From Anaerolineaceae bacterium UBA1415 (GTDB lineage Bacteria; Chloroflexota; Anaerolineae; Anaerolineales; Anaerolineaceae): DNA of 64,000 nucleotides. Made by a program: the position numbers and the translations under genes. Below the pieces are notes generated by a model that had not been told where the DNA came from, made no database searches, and saw only the letters and a list, made by a program, of their open reading frames with translations. Shown here in pieces: positions 38,263 to 46,840 of this stretch (position 1 is its first letter; each line of letters opens with the position of its first letter). The stretch spans positions 53,281 to 117,280 of the forward strand of contig DBPR01000029.1 in the NCBI GenBank assembly GCA_002305635.1. Direction: 5' to 3'.

Positions 38263-39779
38263 ATGAAGATCGGAAACACATTTTCCTTTCGCTCTTATTG
38301 AGCCTGCTTGTAAAGATCCCGATCTCGCCTTTTTTCTATCCCTTTCCAGACCGTGATTCCGGCGTTTTTGCCTATATTGGGCGGCGCATCCTCAACGGCG
38401 ATCTGCCCTACCGTGATGTCTGGGATCATAAACCGCCGCTCATCTTCTACCTGAACGCTCTCGGTCTCAAAATCGCGCCCGATTCTTTATGGGGCATCTG
38501 GCTGCTTTCCGTTCTCCTTCTGGCGGTGGCGATTTTTTGCGGATTCAAACTGCTCTCAAAGCTTTTCAACAGCGAGATCGCGCTCGTTTCCACCGCGATC
38601 GCCATGGGCGGTATCCCGGTTTTGCTCGGGCTTGGCAACCTGACCACCGAGTACACCCTCCCACTGCAGTTCCTGTCCTTATTCCTGGTCTGGAAATTCT
38701 GGGATGAGGATGCGAAAGCCTCCTGGAAATACCTGTTGATTGGCGCATTGGGTGGGCTGGCTTTCCTTACCAAACAATCCGGCATTGGCATTTGGCTCTC
38801 CATCGGCCTTGTTTTGCTCGTTCAATCCTTTATTAAAGGCAAAAACCGCCTCTCGATCCTGAGATTGCTCTGGTTCGTGTCTGGCATTGCCATCGTGGTT
38901 GGGCTGGTCGCGCTTTATTTTTATCGCAACGGCGCTTTCGCGGCCTTTTGGGACCAGGCTTTTCTTTACAATTTTGTCTATGTAGGCAAAAACGAGCTTG
39001 GCTTGATCACCCGCTTTGTAAACCTGTTCACGATGCGGGAAATTGAGCCGATCGCCGTTTTCCACATGGGCATGATCGGCGCGATCCTGGCATTGGCAGG
39101 GTTTGTTTTGCGGAAAAGCGATCAGGCAAATAATAAGCAAAAAGATTTCTTTCTGCTCCTTCTGATCGACCTCTTACTCGAAGTCCTGCTGACGCAATTG
39201 CCAGACTTCACCTATGCCCATTATTATTTGACCCTTTTGCCTGCCCTCACGATCTTTGCAGGCTTAAGCCTTTCCGTTTTGTTGTCAGGACTGAAAAAAG
39301 CACCTCTACCTTTTTCACCCAAGGCTAAAAATCTCTTTTTGGCATTCTTGATCTTTTTTGCCAGCATTCCCTTGCTGACGGAATGGTATTACAGCCTGAA
39401 GGAACCGGATCAAAACTTCAACAAAGCGCTGGTCGAATTTATCCTGCAGGAAACCGAGCCGGATCAGACGGTGTTGATCTGGGGTGCGGAAACCGCCATC
39501 AACTTTTACACGGATCGAAGCAGCCCCAGCCGGTATGTCTATCAATACCCTCTGGTGCAGGAAAATTACGTAACCGAAGAAATGATCCTCGACTTCCTTA
39601 GCGAAATCGAGCGGAACAAACCCGAGCTGATCATCGACAGCGCCCGGGCGGATATGCCCTTTCTGCGTTTTCCCATTGAATCTGAGCGCATTAATGAACA
39701 GATCAACAAAATTTACTCCCAATACAAAGAGGCGGCGATCATTAACGGCTGGTGGGTCATTCAATTGGTGGAACCCTAA
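38244..39779 (+). CDS. GT-C fold glycosyltransferase (ArnT/PMT, GT39/GT83-like) membrane protein
   Basis: 511 aa with ~12 TM segments, an acidic first loop (PFPDRDSGVFAYIG) and a soluble C-terminal domain. It is a paralog of 56379-57908. Confidence 0.65.
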   Translation: MTATSAHEDRKHIFLSLLLSLLVKIPISPFFYPFPDRDSGVFAYIGRRILNGDLPYRDVWDHKPPLIFYLNALGLKIAPDSLWGIWLLSVLLLAVAIFCGFKLLSKLFNSEIALVSTAIAMGGIPVLLGLGNLTTEYTLPLQFLSLFLVWKFWDEDAKASWKYLLIGALGGLAFLTKQSGIGIWLSIGLVLLVQSFIKGKNRLSILRLLWFVSGIAIVVGLVALYFYRNGAFAAFWDQAFLYNFVYVGKNELGLITRFVNLFTMREIEPIAVFHMGMIGAILALAGFVLRKSDQANNKQKDFFLLLLIDLLLEVLLTQLPDFTYAHYYLTLLPALTIFAGLSLSVLLSGLKKAPLPFSPKAKNLFLAFLIFFASIPLLTEWYYSLKEPDQNFNKALVEFILQETEPDQTVLIWGAETAINFYTDRSSPSRYVYQYPLVQENYVTEEMILDFLSEIERNKPELIIDSARADMPFLRFPIESERINEQINKIYSQYKEAAIINGWWVIQLVEP

Positions 39780-39843
39780 CACCCGGATCAGCTTTGATTA
39801 TCATTAAAAATTTCTCAGGAACCAGGGTAAACAAAAAAAAACC

Positions 39844-40488
39844 GGCAATTATCAGTATGAACTTTGTGTAGCTCGGATTCACACCTTTCCCCAATCGAAT
39901 ATTAATTAATTTTTGATAGGAAATCGACCTGTACGGACGGGGACCCGTGCCCGCGCAGCAGGGTATAGACCCCGTCCGCTACTTCTGTACATTAAATGAC
40001 CAGATAATTGATTCTAAATTTCCAGCTTTAGCGACATTGGCTCTTAGGGCAATTGCATCTAAATCGCCTGAGCAATTGGTGATAAAAGGGCCTTTTCATT
40101 AACGCAGATAAAGCTTAGTGGTGGGGTCGCATTATTTTTGGAATAACTTCATTTACTGCCTGTGGATGTTAAAGTCTTAGACTTTCATAAGTTCTTATAA
40201 AGGCATCCTCACGGATGGGGACAATATACTGACTGGCACAGATCTCCATCCCATGTTGTGTTTGGCATGCAAACGATTTGAATTAGGACAAGCTTTTTAC
40301 CGCTAAATCCATTGTACGGATGGGGCTTTTCCCCATCCGCTGCCTGTGCTAAATAAATACCTGGGCTTCTCATTAGCGGTTTTTAGTTTTTTTTTACCAT
40401 TGTCCTCTTTGGACTATCTTTTATTAGATGCAATTGCCCTGCATCGGTTCCTAACCCAGGACTTATTTTTCCATACTGAGAATTGCTG
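39844..40488. repeat. Composite MITE-like non-coding region with the same terminal motif as 13195-13555, plus a nested inverted repeat
   Basis: Left end GGCAATTATCAGTATGA (39844-39860), right end CCATACTGAGAATTGCTG (40471-40488). A nested 16-bp IR is AGGGCAATTGCATCTA (40046-40061) against TAGATGCAATTGCCCT (40425-40440). GC hairpins lie at 39928, ~40209 and ~40313. Confidence 0.45.
39928..39980. repeat. 53-nt GC hairpin element, right (inverted) copy
   Basis: CCTGTACGGACGGGG-...-CCCCGTCCGCT, the reverse complement of 37914-37966. Confidence 0.6.
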
Positions 40489-40560
40489 GACATATAAAAT
40501 TCATTAATAAAGATGTCCCGCAACGGGGTATAATCAAAAAAGAGGATAATACACGAAACG

Positions 40561-41061
40561 ATGCCTATTTTAAAGCCGCATGCCTTTGAATTTTTCAGCC
40601 ACAGTCCTGAGCAGACCTTGCGCGTAGGCGTTCGCCTGGGCTCTTTGCTTCAGACTGGCGATGTCGTTTGCCTCGAAGGCGACCTCGGCTCGGGCAAAAC
40701 CACCCTGGTTCGGGGCATCACCCAGGGCTGGGGTTCGGCTGATCGCGTCAGCAGCCCCACCTACGTCATCGTGAATCAATACCGCCACCCCAATGGCAGC
40801 ATCCTCTACCACAGCGACGCCTATCGCCTCTCGCCCGTTGAACCGCTTGACGACGCCATGCTCGAGCTGGACACTGTCCTCTCGAACGGCGTTTTGGTCA
40901 TGGAATGGGCCGAACGCATGAAAGCCAGCCTGCCCGAAGAAAACCTCTGGATCGAACTCGACTGGATCAACCCGGAACAGCGCCACTTCATTTTCACGCC
41001 AAATGGCAGGCGCTACGAGCAGCTTCTCAAAAAATTACAGAAAGCCTTGTTTGGAGCCTGA
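40561..41061 (+). CDS. tsaE: tRNA threonylcarbamoyladenosine biosynthesis ATPase
   Basis: GDLGSGKTT P-loop, SPTYVIVNQY, HSDAYRL. Confidence 0.85.
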   Translation: MPILKPHAFEFFSHSPEQTLRVGVRLGSLLQTGDVVCLEGDLGSGKTTLVRGITQGWGSADRVSSPTYVIVNQYRHPNGSILYHSDAYRLSPVEPLDDAMLELDTVLSNGVLVMEWAERMKASLPEENLWIELDWINPEQRHFIFTPNGRRYEQLLKKLQKALFGA

Positions 41062-41062
41062 T

Positions 41063-41731
41063 ATGTTAGTTGCAATTGATACTTCCACGCAATGGGTCGG
41101 CATCGCCCTTTATGATGGCTCCCGGATATTGGCTGAACATGTTTGGCGCAGTAAGAATTATCATACCGTCGAACTCGTGCCCGCCATCGCCGACATACTT
41201 GCCAAATGCCAGGTCAGCCCAAAAACCCTGACCGGCATCGGCGTTGCCATGGGCCCCGGCTCTTTCACCGGATTGCGCATCGGTCTCAGCGCCGCCAAGG
41301 GGCTTGCCCTTGCGCGCAATCTTCCAATTGCCGGCGTGCCTTCGCTTGAAATTTTGGTCGCCTCTCAACCCGGTCTGCGCCGCCCGATGATCGCCCTGCT
41401 GCAGGTTGGGCGCGGTCGCTACGCCTGGGCGCGCTTCCGCTACAAAAACCCACGCTGGGGTCAGATCACCGAAACCCAGGTTGACGATATCAAAACCATC
41501 GCCAAAACCATCACCTCCCCGGTTTATGTTGTGGGTGAGATGGGCCCTGAGGAACGCCAGATAATGGGGCGCAAGTGGAAAACCGCCCAACTGGCGCCGG
41601 CTTCGTTCTGTCTGCGCCGTCCTTCCGTTCTGGCGGAGCTCGCCTGGGACAAATTACAGCAAGGTCATGCCGACGATAACGCCAGCCTCTCCCCCATCTA
41701 CGTGCACACCTTGAGCAACGTACCCGATTAA
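41063..41731 (+). CDS. tsaB: tRNA t6A biosynthesis protein TsaB
   Basis: MLVAIDTS...GPGSFTGLRIG. I chose the start at 41063, right after the tsaE stop. Confidence 0.85.
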   Translation: MLVAIDTSTQWVGIALYDGSRILAEHVWRSKNYHTVELVPAIADILAKCQVSPKTLTGIGVAMGPGSFTGLRIGLSAAKGLALARNLPIAGVPSLEILVASQPGLRRPMIALLQVGRGRYAWARFRYKNPRWGQITETQVDDIKTIAKTITSPVYVVGEMGPEERQIMGRKWKTAQLAPASFCLRRPSVLAELAWDKLQQGHADDNASLSPIYVHTLSNVPD

Positions 41732-41742
41732 AGAACAAAACT

Positions 41743-42237
41743 ATGTCGGCCAACCTCACCATTCGGCCCATGACCACCGAAGATCTCGCAGCGGTCAGCC
41801 AGATCGACGCTGCCTGTTTCGAGGAGCCCTGGCCCAAAAACTCTTTCGCCTTTGAATTGACCACCGACTACAGCATTTGCATGGTCGCGGCCACTCCTGA
41901 GGTGGGGGTCGTGGCTGCCGTCGTTGTCTGGCTGATCGTCGATGAAGCCCATATTGCCACCATCGCCGTCCATCCCGAGGCGCAGGGGCAGGGCATCGGG
42001 GCTTGTTTGCTCGCGCATGCCTTGCTCGCCGCGCACCAACGCGGAGCCCAGACCTCAATGCTCGAAGTGCGGGTCAGCAACCTCGCGGCAATTTCGCTTT
42101 ATCATCGCTTTGGCTATCTTCAGGTTGGCATCCGAAAAAATTATTACCAAAACAACAATGAAGATGCCCTCCTTCTTGACCTGGATCAAATTGACCCAAA
42201 CGAATTGAGGAACTTTTTAGCCTTAAATAACGTCTAA
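41743..42237 (+). CDS. rimI: Ribosomal-protein-alanine N-acetyltransferase (GNAT)
   Basis: GNAT motif A QGQGIGACLL and its position after tsaB. Confidence 0.8.
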   Translation: MSANLTIRPMTTEDLAAVSQIDAACFEEPWPKNSFAFELTTDYSICMVAATPEVGVVAAVVVWLIVDEAHIATIAVHPEAQGQGIGACLLAHALLAAHQRGAQTSMLEVRVSNLAAISLYHRFGYLQVGIRKNYYQNNNEDALLLDLDQIDPNELRNFLALNNV

Positions 42238-42276
42238 TAGGATAATGATGCGGTAAAATCAAAACCGAGAGTTTTT

Positions 42277-43020
42277 ATGACAGCTGAAAATAGATTACAG
42301 GAAATTCGCAAAGAAATAGAAGTTTGTCACGCCTGTCCGCTGGCAAAAGGCAGGGAAAGATCCGTCCCCGGAGAAGGCCCCGCGCGGGTTGATATCCTTT
42401 TTATCGGCGAGGCGCCTGGCTTTCACGAAAACAGACAAGGCAAGCCCTTTGTTGGCCAGGCCGGCCAGTTTCTGGATGAGCTCCTCAAAGCTGCCGGGCT
42501 TGAACGCAGCCAGGTCTTCATCACCAATGTCGTCAAATGCCGCCCGCCCAACAACCGCGACCCCTTGCCCGAAGAGCTTCAGGCTTGCCAGGTTTATCTC
42601 GACGAGCAGATCGCCCTTCTGCAGCCCAAAGTGATTGTCACGCTCGGGCGCATCTCAATGGGAAAATTCATCGAAATGGGGCGCATCAGCTCCATTCACG
42701 GTAAAACGCACAACGTCAATGGCCAAAAGGTCGTTACGATGTATCATCCGGCTGCCGCTTTGCATCAACCTGCCTTGCGCCAGACCTTGATCGAAGACTT
42801 CGCACGCCTGAAAAAATTTATCAGCGCGGATGCGCAAGCTGAAAAACCCGATCCGACGCCAAAACCAGTCACAAAGACTGATCAGAACCTCAGTCCAAAG
42901 CCCATTAACGAGCTTGAACCTCAACCCAAACCGCAGGCAACACCCCCAGTGGAACTTGTCAAAGCCGAACCGGCTCAACGTGAAACTCCAAAACCCCCGG
43001 AACAGCTTAGCCTTTTCTAA
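42277..43020 (+). CDS. Family 4 uracil-DNA glycosylase with a Pro/Lys-rich C-terminal tail ending QLSLF
   Basis: CHACPL Fe-S cysteines, GEGPARVDILFIGEAPG, HPAA. The tail of ~60 aa ends in EQLSLF. Confidence 0.85.
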   Translation: MTAENRLQEIRKEIEVCHACPLAKGRERSVPGEGPARVDILFIGEAPGFHENRQGKPFVGQAGQFLDELLKAAGLERSQVFITNVVKCRPPNNRDPLPEELQACQVYLDEQIALLQPKVIVTLGRISMGKFIEMGRISSIHGKTHNVNGQKVVTMYHPAAALHQPALRQTLIEDFARLKKFISADAQAEKPDPTPKPVTKTDQNLSPKPINELEPQPKPQATPPVELVKAEPAQRETPKPPEQLSLF

Positions 43021-43041
43021 GCCCGAATTGAGGAAATTACA

Positions 43042-44355
43042 ATGGTTAAAGATGAATTGATTCAAGAAATTCAACGAAAACACGCCAATATTGCCGTGAT
43101 CGGCCTGGGTTATGTGGGGCTGCCCCTGGCGATCACCTTTGCCAATGCTGGTTTTAATGTCACCGGAATTGATCCCAACGAAGAAAAAGTTGAAATGATC
43201 AACCGCAGTGAATCTTATATTTCAGATATCACCAACGCCCAATTGCGAAAACATATCGACGCGGGCCGCCTGCGTGCCACCTCGGACTATGCCGTCCTCA
43301 ATGATATTGACGCAGTCTCAATTTGCGTTCCCACGCCCCTGCGCAAAACGGGCGATCCCGATATGTCCTTTATCGCTATGGCCAGTGAAGATATAGCCCC
43401 TTACCTGCATCGCAGCATGGTCATCGTGCTCGAATCCAGCACCTACCCCGGCACCACGCGCGAATTTGTGCTCCCGAAACTGACAGCTCACACCGATCTC
43501 CAGGTCGGCGAAGACTTCTTCCTCGCTTTCTCTCCCGAGCGCGTTGACCCAGGCAGAAAAGATTACACCACCTACAACACCCCCAAGGTCCTGGGCGGCA
43601 TCACCCCTGACTGCACCGAAGTTGCCCGCGCCTGGTACGAGCAGGCTCTGGAAACAGTCGTCACCGTTTCCACCGCCGAAGTGGCAGAAATGGCAAAACT
43701 GCTTGAAAACACCTTTCGCATGATCAACATCTCCATGGTCAATGAGCTTGCCCAGATGTGCGACCGCCTGAATGTTGACGTTTGGGAAGTTATCGACGCG
43801 GCTGCCACCAAACCCTTTGGCTTCATGAAATTTACCCCTGGCCCTGGCCTGGGCGGGCACTGTATCCCGATCGATCCGCTCTACCTGTCCTGGAAGATGA
43901 AAACGCTCAATTACACCGCCCGCTTCATCGAGCTCGCCTCCGAGATCAACACCAGCATGCCCCGCTACGTTGTCTCCCGCATTCAGGACGCGCTCAATCG
44001 CTACAAAAAGCCTCTCAACGGCAGCAAAGTCCTCATCCTCGGCGTGGCTTACAAACCCAATATTAATGATATGCGCGAATCGCCCGCGCTGGACATCATC
44101 CACCTCCTGCAGGAAAAAGGCGCCATCGTCACTTATCACGATCCCTACGTGCCCGAAATTGATCACGAGAACATCCACATGAGCTCTGAAAAAGACCTGC
44201 ATGCCAGCCTGGAAGATGCTGACCTGGTGGCGATCATCACCGACCATCAGAAATACGACTACAACATGATCGGCGAGAAATCCAGTCTGATTTTTGATGC
44301 CAGAAACGCGATGAAAGACGTGCCAAAAAGCAGCCTGAAAGTGATCAAACTATAA
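43042..44355 (+). CDS. Nucleotide-sugar (UDP-N-acetyl-hexosamine/UDP-glucose family) dehydrogenase
   Basis: IGLGYVGLPLA Rossmann motif and GGHCIPIDP catalytic Cys block. Confidence 0.85.
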   Translation: MVKDELIQEIQRKHANIAVIGLGYVGLPLAITFANAGFNVTGIDPNEEKVEMINRSESYISDITNAQLRKHIDAGRLRATSDYAVLNDIDAVSICVPTPLRKTGDPDMSFIAMASEDIAPYLHRSMVIVLESSTYPGTTREFVLPKLTAHTDLQVGEDFFLAFSPERVDPGRKDYTTYNTPKVLGGITPDCTEVARAWYEQALETVVTVSTAEVAEMAKLLENTFRMINISMVNELAQMCDRLNVDVWEVIDAAATKPFGFMKFTPGPGLGGHCIPIDPLYLSWKMKTLNYTARFIELASEINTSMPRYVVSRIQDALNRYKKPLNGSKVLILGVAYKPNINDMRESPALDIIHLLQEKGAIVTYHDPYVPEIDHENIHMSSEKDLHASLEDADLVAIITDHQKYDYNMIGEKSSLIFDARNAMKDVPKSSLKVIKL

Positions 44356-45332
44356 TGGCCAGCTACATCGTCACTGGCGCGGCTGGTTTTATCGGCTCGC
44401 AGGTCGCGCTGGCACTGCTAAATCAGGGCCATACCGTTTTGGGGGTCGATAACCTCTCGCATGCTTACGACGTGCGCATGAAGCAGCACCGCCTCGAAGC
44501 CCTGACCTCCCGGGAAAGTTTCAAACTCTTGCAGGCAGATATCGCCGAAAAAGCCACAATCGATCAGCTATTTGCCCAAAACCTCAAGCCCGCAGCGGTC
44601 ATCAACCTGGCTGCCATCGCGGGCGTGCGCGCCAGTACCACCGACCCCTGGTCTTACCTAAACACCAACACCCTCGGCACGCTCAACATGCTCGAATACG
44701 CGCGCCATCAGAACGTGCCCAAATTCATCCTTGCGTCCACATCCAGCCTCTACGGCGAAGATGGCTCCCCGCCGCACAGCGAACTCGCGCCAACCGATCA
44801 TCCTCTCGCGCCTTACGCGGCCAGCAAAAAAGGCGCCGAGGCTTTTGCCTATTCCTATCACCATCTCTACAAGATCGACGTCAGCGTGCTGCGCTATTTC
44901 ACCGTCTATGGCCCTGCCGGGCGCCCTGATATGTCCATGTTCCGTTTTTGCCAGTGGATCAGCGAGGGCAGACCCGTCACCATCACCGGCGACGGCTCCC
45001 AGTCTCGCGGCTTTACTTATGTCGATGACATTGCCAGCGGAACCCTCCTGGCGCTCAAAAAAGTTGGCTACGAGGTCTTCAATCTGGGCGGGCACGAGGT
45101 CATCAGCATCAACGATCTGGTCAGCATGCTCGAAGTAATGCTCGGCAAACCCGCCCTGCGCCAATACGTGCCCGCTCATCCGGCTGATGTCTATTCCAAC
45201 GTTGCCGATGTCACCAAAGCCCGCCAAATGCTCGGCTGGCAACCCCAGATCGGGCTGGAAGAAGGCGTGCGCAGGCTTGTGGATTGGTACCAATCTAACC
45301 GCAGCTGGGCAAAAGATATCATTACCGATTAG
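44355..45332 (+). CDS. NAD-dependent sugar-nucleotide epimerase/dehydratase (SDR)
   Basis: TGAAGFIGS and the YAASKKGAE (YxxxK) catalytic motif. The start overlaps the upstream stop. Confidence 0.85.
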   Translation: MASYIVTGAAGFIGSQVALALLNQGHTVLGVDNLSHAYDVRMKQHRLEALTSRESFKLLQADIAEKATIDQLFAQNLKPAAVINLAAIAGVRASTTDPWSYLNTNTLGTLNMLEYARHQNVPKFILASTSSLYGEDGSPPHSELAPTDHPLAPYAASKKGAEAFAYSYHHLYKIDVSVLRYFTVYGPAGRPDMSMFRFCQWISEGRPVTITGDGSQSRGFTYVDDIASGTLLALKKVGYEVFNLGGHEVISINDLVSMLEVMLGKPALRQYVPAHPADVYSNVADVTKARQMLGWQPQIGLEEGVRRLVDWYQSNRSWAKDIITD

Positions 45333-45350
45333 GTAAAGATAAATACAATT

Positions 45351-45558
45351 TGCGTAGGTCGAGATTGAAAAATGCCCTCAGGGGCATTTTTCAATCCGAC
45401 GTTCACTTTTACCGGTGAACATAAAAAGGATTAATTTAAGTATTGATCTTCGTTTCATCTATATAGACATAGGGAGAAAAAACGGTAATGCATTGTACCT
45501 GGATGTCGGATTGAAGGTGTGCGGAAAAAACCGCACACCTTCAATCTCAACCTACGCA
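45351..45558. repeat. 208-bp element bounded by two inverted GTAGGTCGAGATTGAA-hairpin units
   Basis: Left unit: TGCGTAGGTCGAGATTGAA-AAATGCCCtcaGGGGCATTT-TTCAATCCGAC (45351-45400). Right unit: GTCGGATTGAA-GGTGTGCGGaaaaaaCCGCACACC-TTCAATCTCAACCTACGCA (45505-45558). The outer 19 nt are reverse complements with one mismatch. Confidence 0.6.
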
Positions 45559-45729
45559 AAAAGCTTGAACTGGGTTAAATAAATTATGGGGCTGGGTTTT
45601 GCACACAGGGTGGGCAAACCGCCAGATTGGTAATAAGTCGCAATTGAATATCGCCCGTGAAAGAGAGATTTTCAGTTCAACATCCAACATTTCCTCATAT
45701 CCACCACCCATTTCCCCTTTTTATATATA

Positions 45730-45743
45730 TGACCAATCGGTCA
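45730..45743. promoter_or_regulatory. TGACC-N4-GGTCA palindrome, site 1
   Basis: TGACCaatcGGTCA. Confidence 0.45.
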
Positions 45744-45823
45744 CGTTGTTAATTTGTCTCAGGTCCATAAGATTGGACTGATCAAGACTGGGTTCCCATG
45801 ACTTTGACGAGCCGCATCCTACA

Positions 45824-45837
45824 TGACCAGACGGTCA
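45824..45837. promoter_or_regulatory. TGACC-N4-GGTCA palindrome, site 2
   Basis: TGACCagacGGTCA. Confidence 0.45.
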
Positions 45838-45901
45838 CACAGGAATGTCCTTACACACATAAAAACATTTGTTTGTAAACAGACCTCCTGCTCGTCATGT
45901 A

Positions 45902-45915
45902 TGACCGAGCGGTCA
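45902..45915. promoter_or_regulatory. TGACC-N4-GGTCA palindrome, site 3 (arms extend to TATGACC/GGTCATA)
   Basis: TATGACCgagcGGTCATA, 74 nt upstream of the DsrE-like ATG. Confidence 0.5.
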
Positions 45916-45988
45916 TATGCGCAAAACCTTCAAAAATACCTTCCATCACAATGCGTTACACTTAAACCACTAAAACCAAGGAGCTATC

Positions 45989-46327
45989 ATGAACAAAATC
46001 CTCTTTTACGCCATGACCGGAGAAAAAATGTGTTTCCAACACATCCTCCTCAACGCGCTCGACCTTGCTGCTGCGGGCGCCGAAGTCCAGATCATCTTTG
46101 AGGGCGCCTCAGTCAAACTCCCTCCCGTCCTGGCTCAGGAATCCAACAAACACTACCTCAAAGCCCTCGAAACCGGCCTCATCGCCGGGGTCTGCCTGGC
46201 TTGTTCCCATGCCATGGGTGTCTACGACGCCAACATCGCCCTTGGCTTGCCCATGCTCAACGACATGACCGGTCACGCCGGCATCCGCGCCTATGTTGAG
46301 CAAGGCTGGCAGGTCGTCAGTATCTAA
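45989..46327 (+). CDS. DsrE/DsrF-like small protein (tentative)
   Basis: 112 aa with an alternating beta-alpha pattern, a conserved-looking Cys (GVCLACSHAMG) and the RBS AAGGAG. The family call is by resemblance only. Confidence 0.5.
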   Translation: MNKILFYAMTGEKMCFQHILLNALDLAAAGAEVQIIFEGASVKLPPVLAQESNKHYLKALETGLIAGVCLACSHAMGVYDANIALGLPMLNDMTGHAGIRAYVEQGWQVVSI

Positions 46328-46380
46328 ACCAACCGCCACCACCCTCTTCGCGCGTAAGTTGGATAGGACGGCCGTGGTAT

Positions 46381-46492
46381 AAACCCTTCTCACCCGCCCG
46401 TGGTACTTTCCCAGTATGGAAGGTCGGGTTGCGCTGCCTGCCCTTGGCTTATTTGCCAAGGGTCAACCCGACAAAATCTTAAGCCTTCTCAC
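46381..46492. repeat. Cluster of REP-like units
   Basis: AAACCCTTCTCACCCGCCCGTGGTACTTTCCCAG, then the AGGTCGGGTTG...CAACCCGAC long hairpin (46422-46472) with inner CCCTTGGC-ttattt-GCCAAGGG, then TAAGCCTTCTCACCTGCCCGG. Confidence 0.55.
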
Positions 46493-46840
46493 CTGCCCGG
46501 TAGGGTCGGTTTTTAAGCCTTCGCCCATGGGGAGAAGGTGCCCGCAGGGTGGATGAGGGGTAATCGAGAACCTGCCCGAAGGCCGGGTACTACCTAAAGC
46601 CTTCCCACCTGCCCGTGGTGCTTTCCCAGGGGGCGGGAGAAGGCCTGCCCTCTTTTAGAGAGGGTGCTCGGCAGGTCGGTCTTTAAGCCTTCGCCCATGG
46701 GGAGAAGGTGCCCGCAGGGCGGATGAGGGGTAATCGAGAACCTGCCCGAAGGCCGGGTACTACTAAAAGCCTTCCCACCTGCCCGTGGTGCTTTCCCAGG
46801 GGACTGGGAGAAGGCCTGCCCTCTTTGTAGAGAGGGTGCC
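46493..46840. repeat. Tandem direct repeat, two copies of ~170 bp
   Basis: TAAGCCTTCGCCCATGGGGAGAAGGTGCCCGCAGGG starts at 46514 and again at 46684. AAAGCCTTCCCACCTGCCCGTGGTGCTTTCCCAGG occurs at 46596 and 46766. Only a few substitutions and one 1-nt indel separate the copies. Confidence 0.8.

Noticed and set aside
45599-46101. ORFs 45599-45781 (60 aa) and 45823-46101 (92 aa) upstream of or overlapping the DsrE-like gene
   Set aside because: They have no RBS and odd composition, and they overlap the palindromic operator sites and the better-supported DsrE-like ORF. I treat the region as regulatory non-coding DNA.
46381-46840. Possible CRISPR array
   Set aside because: The repeat period is ~170 bp with both copies near-identical over the whole length. 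There is no short-repeat/unique-spacer structure and no cas genes in the window.
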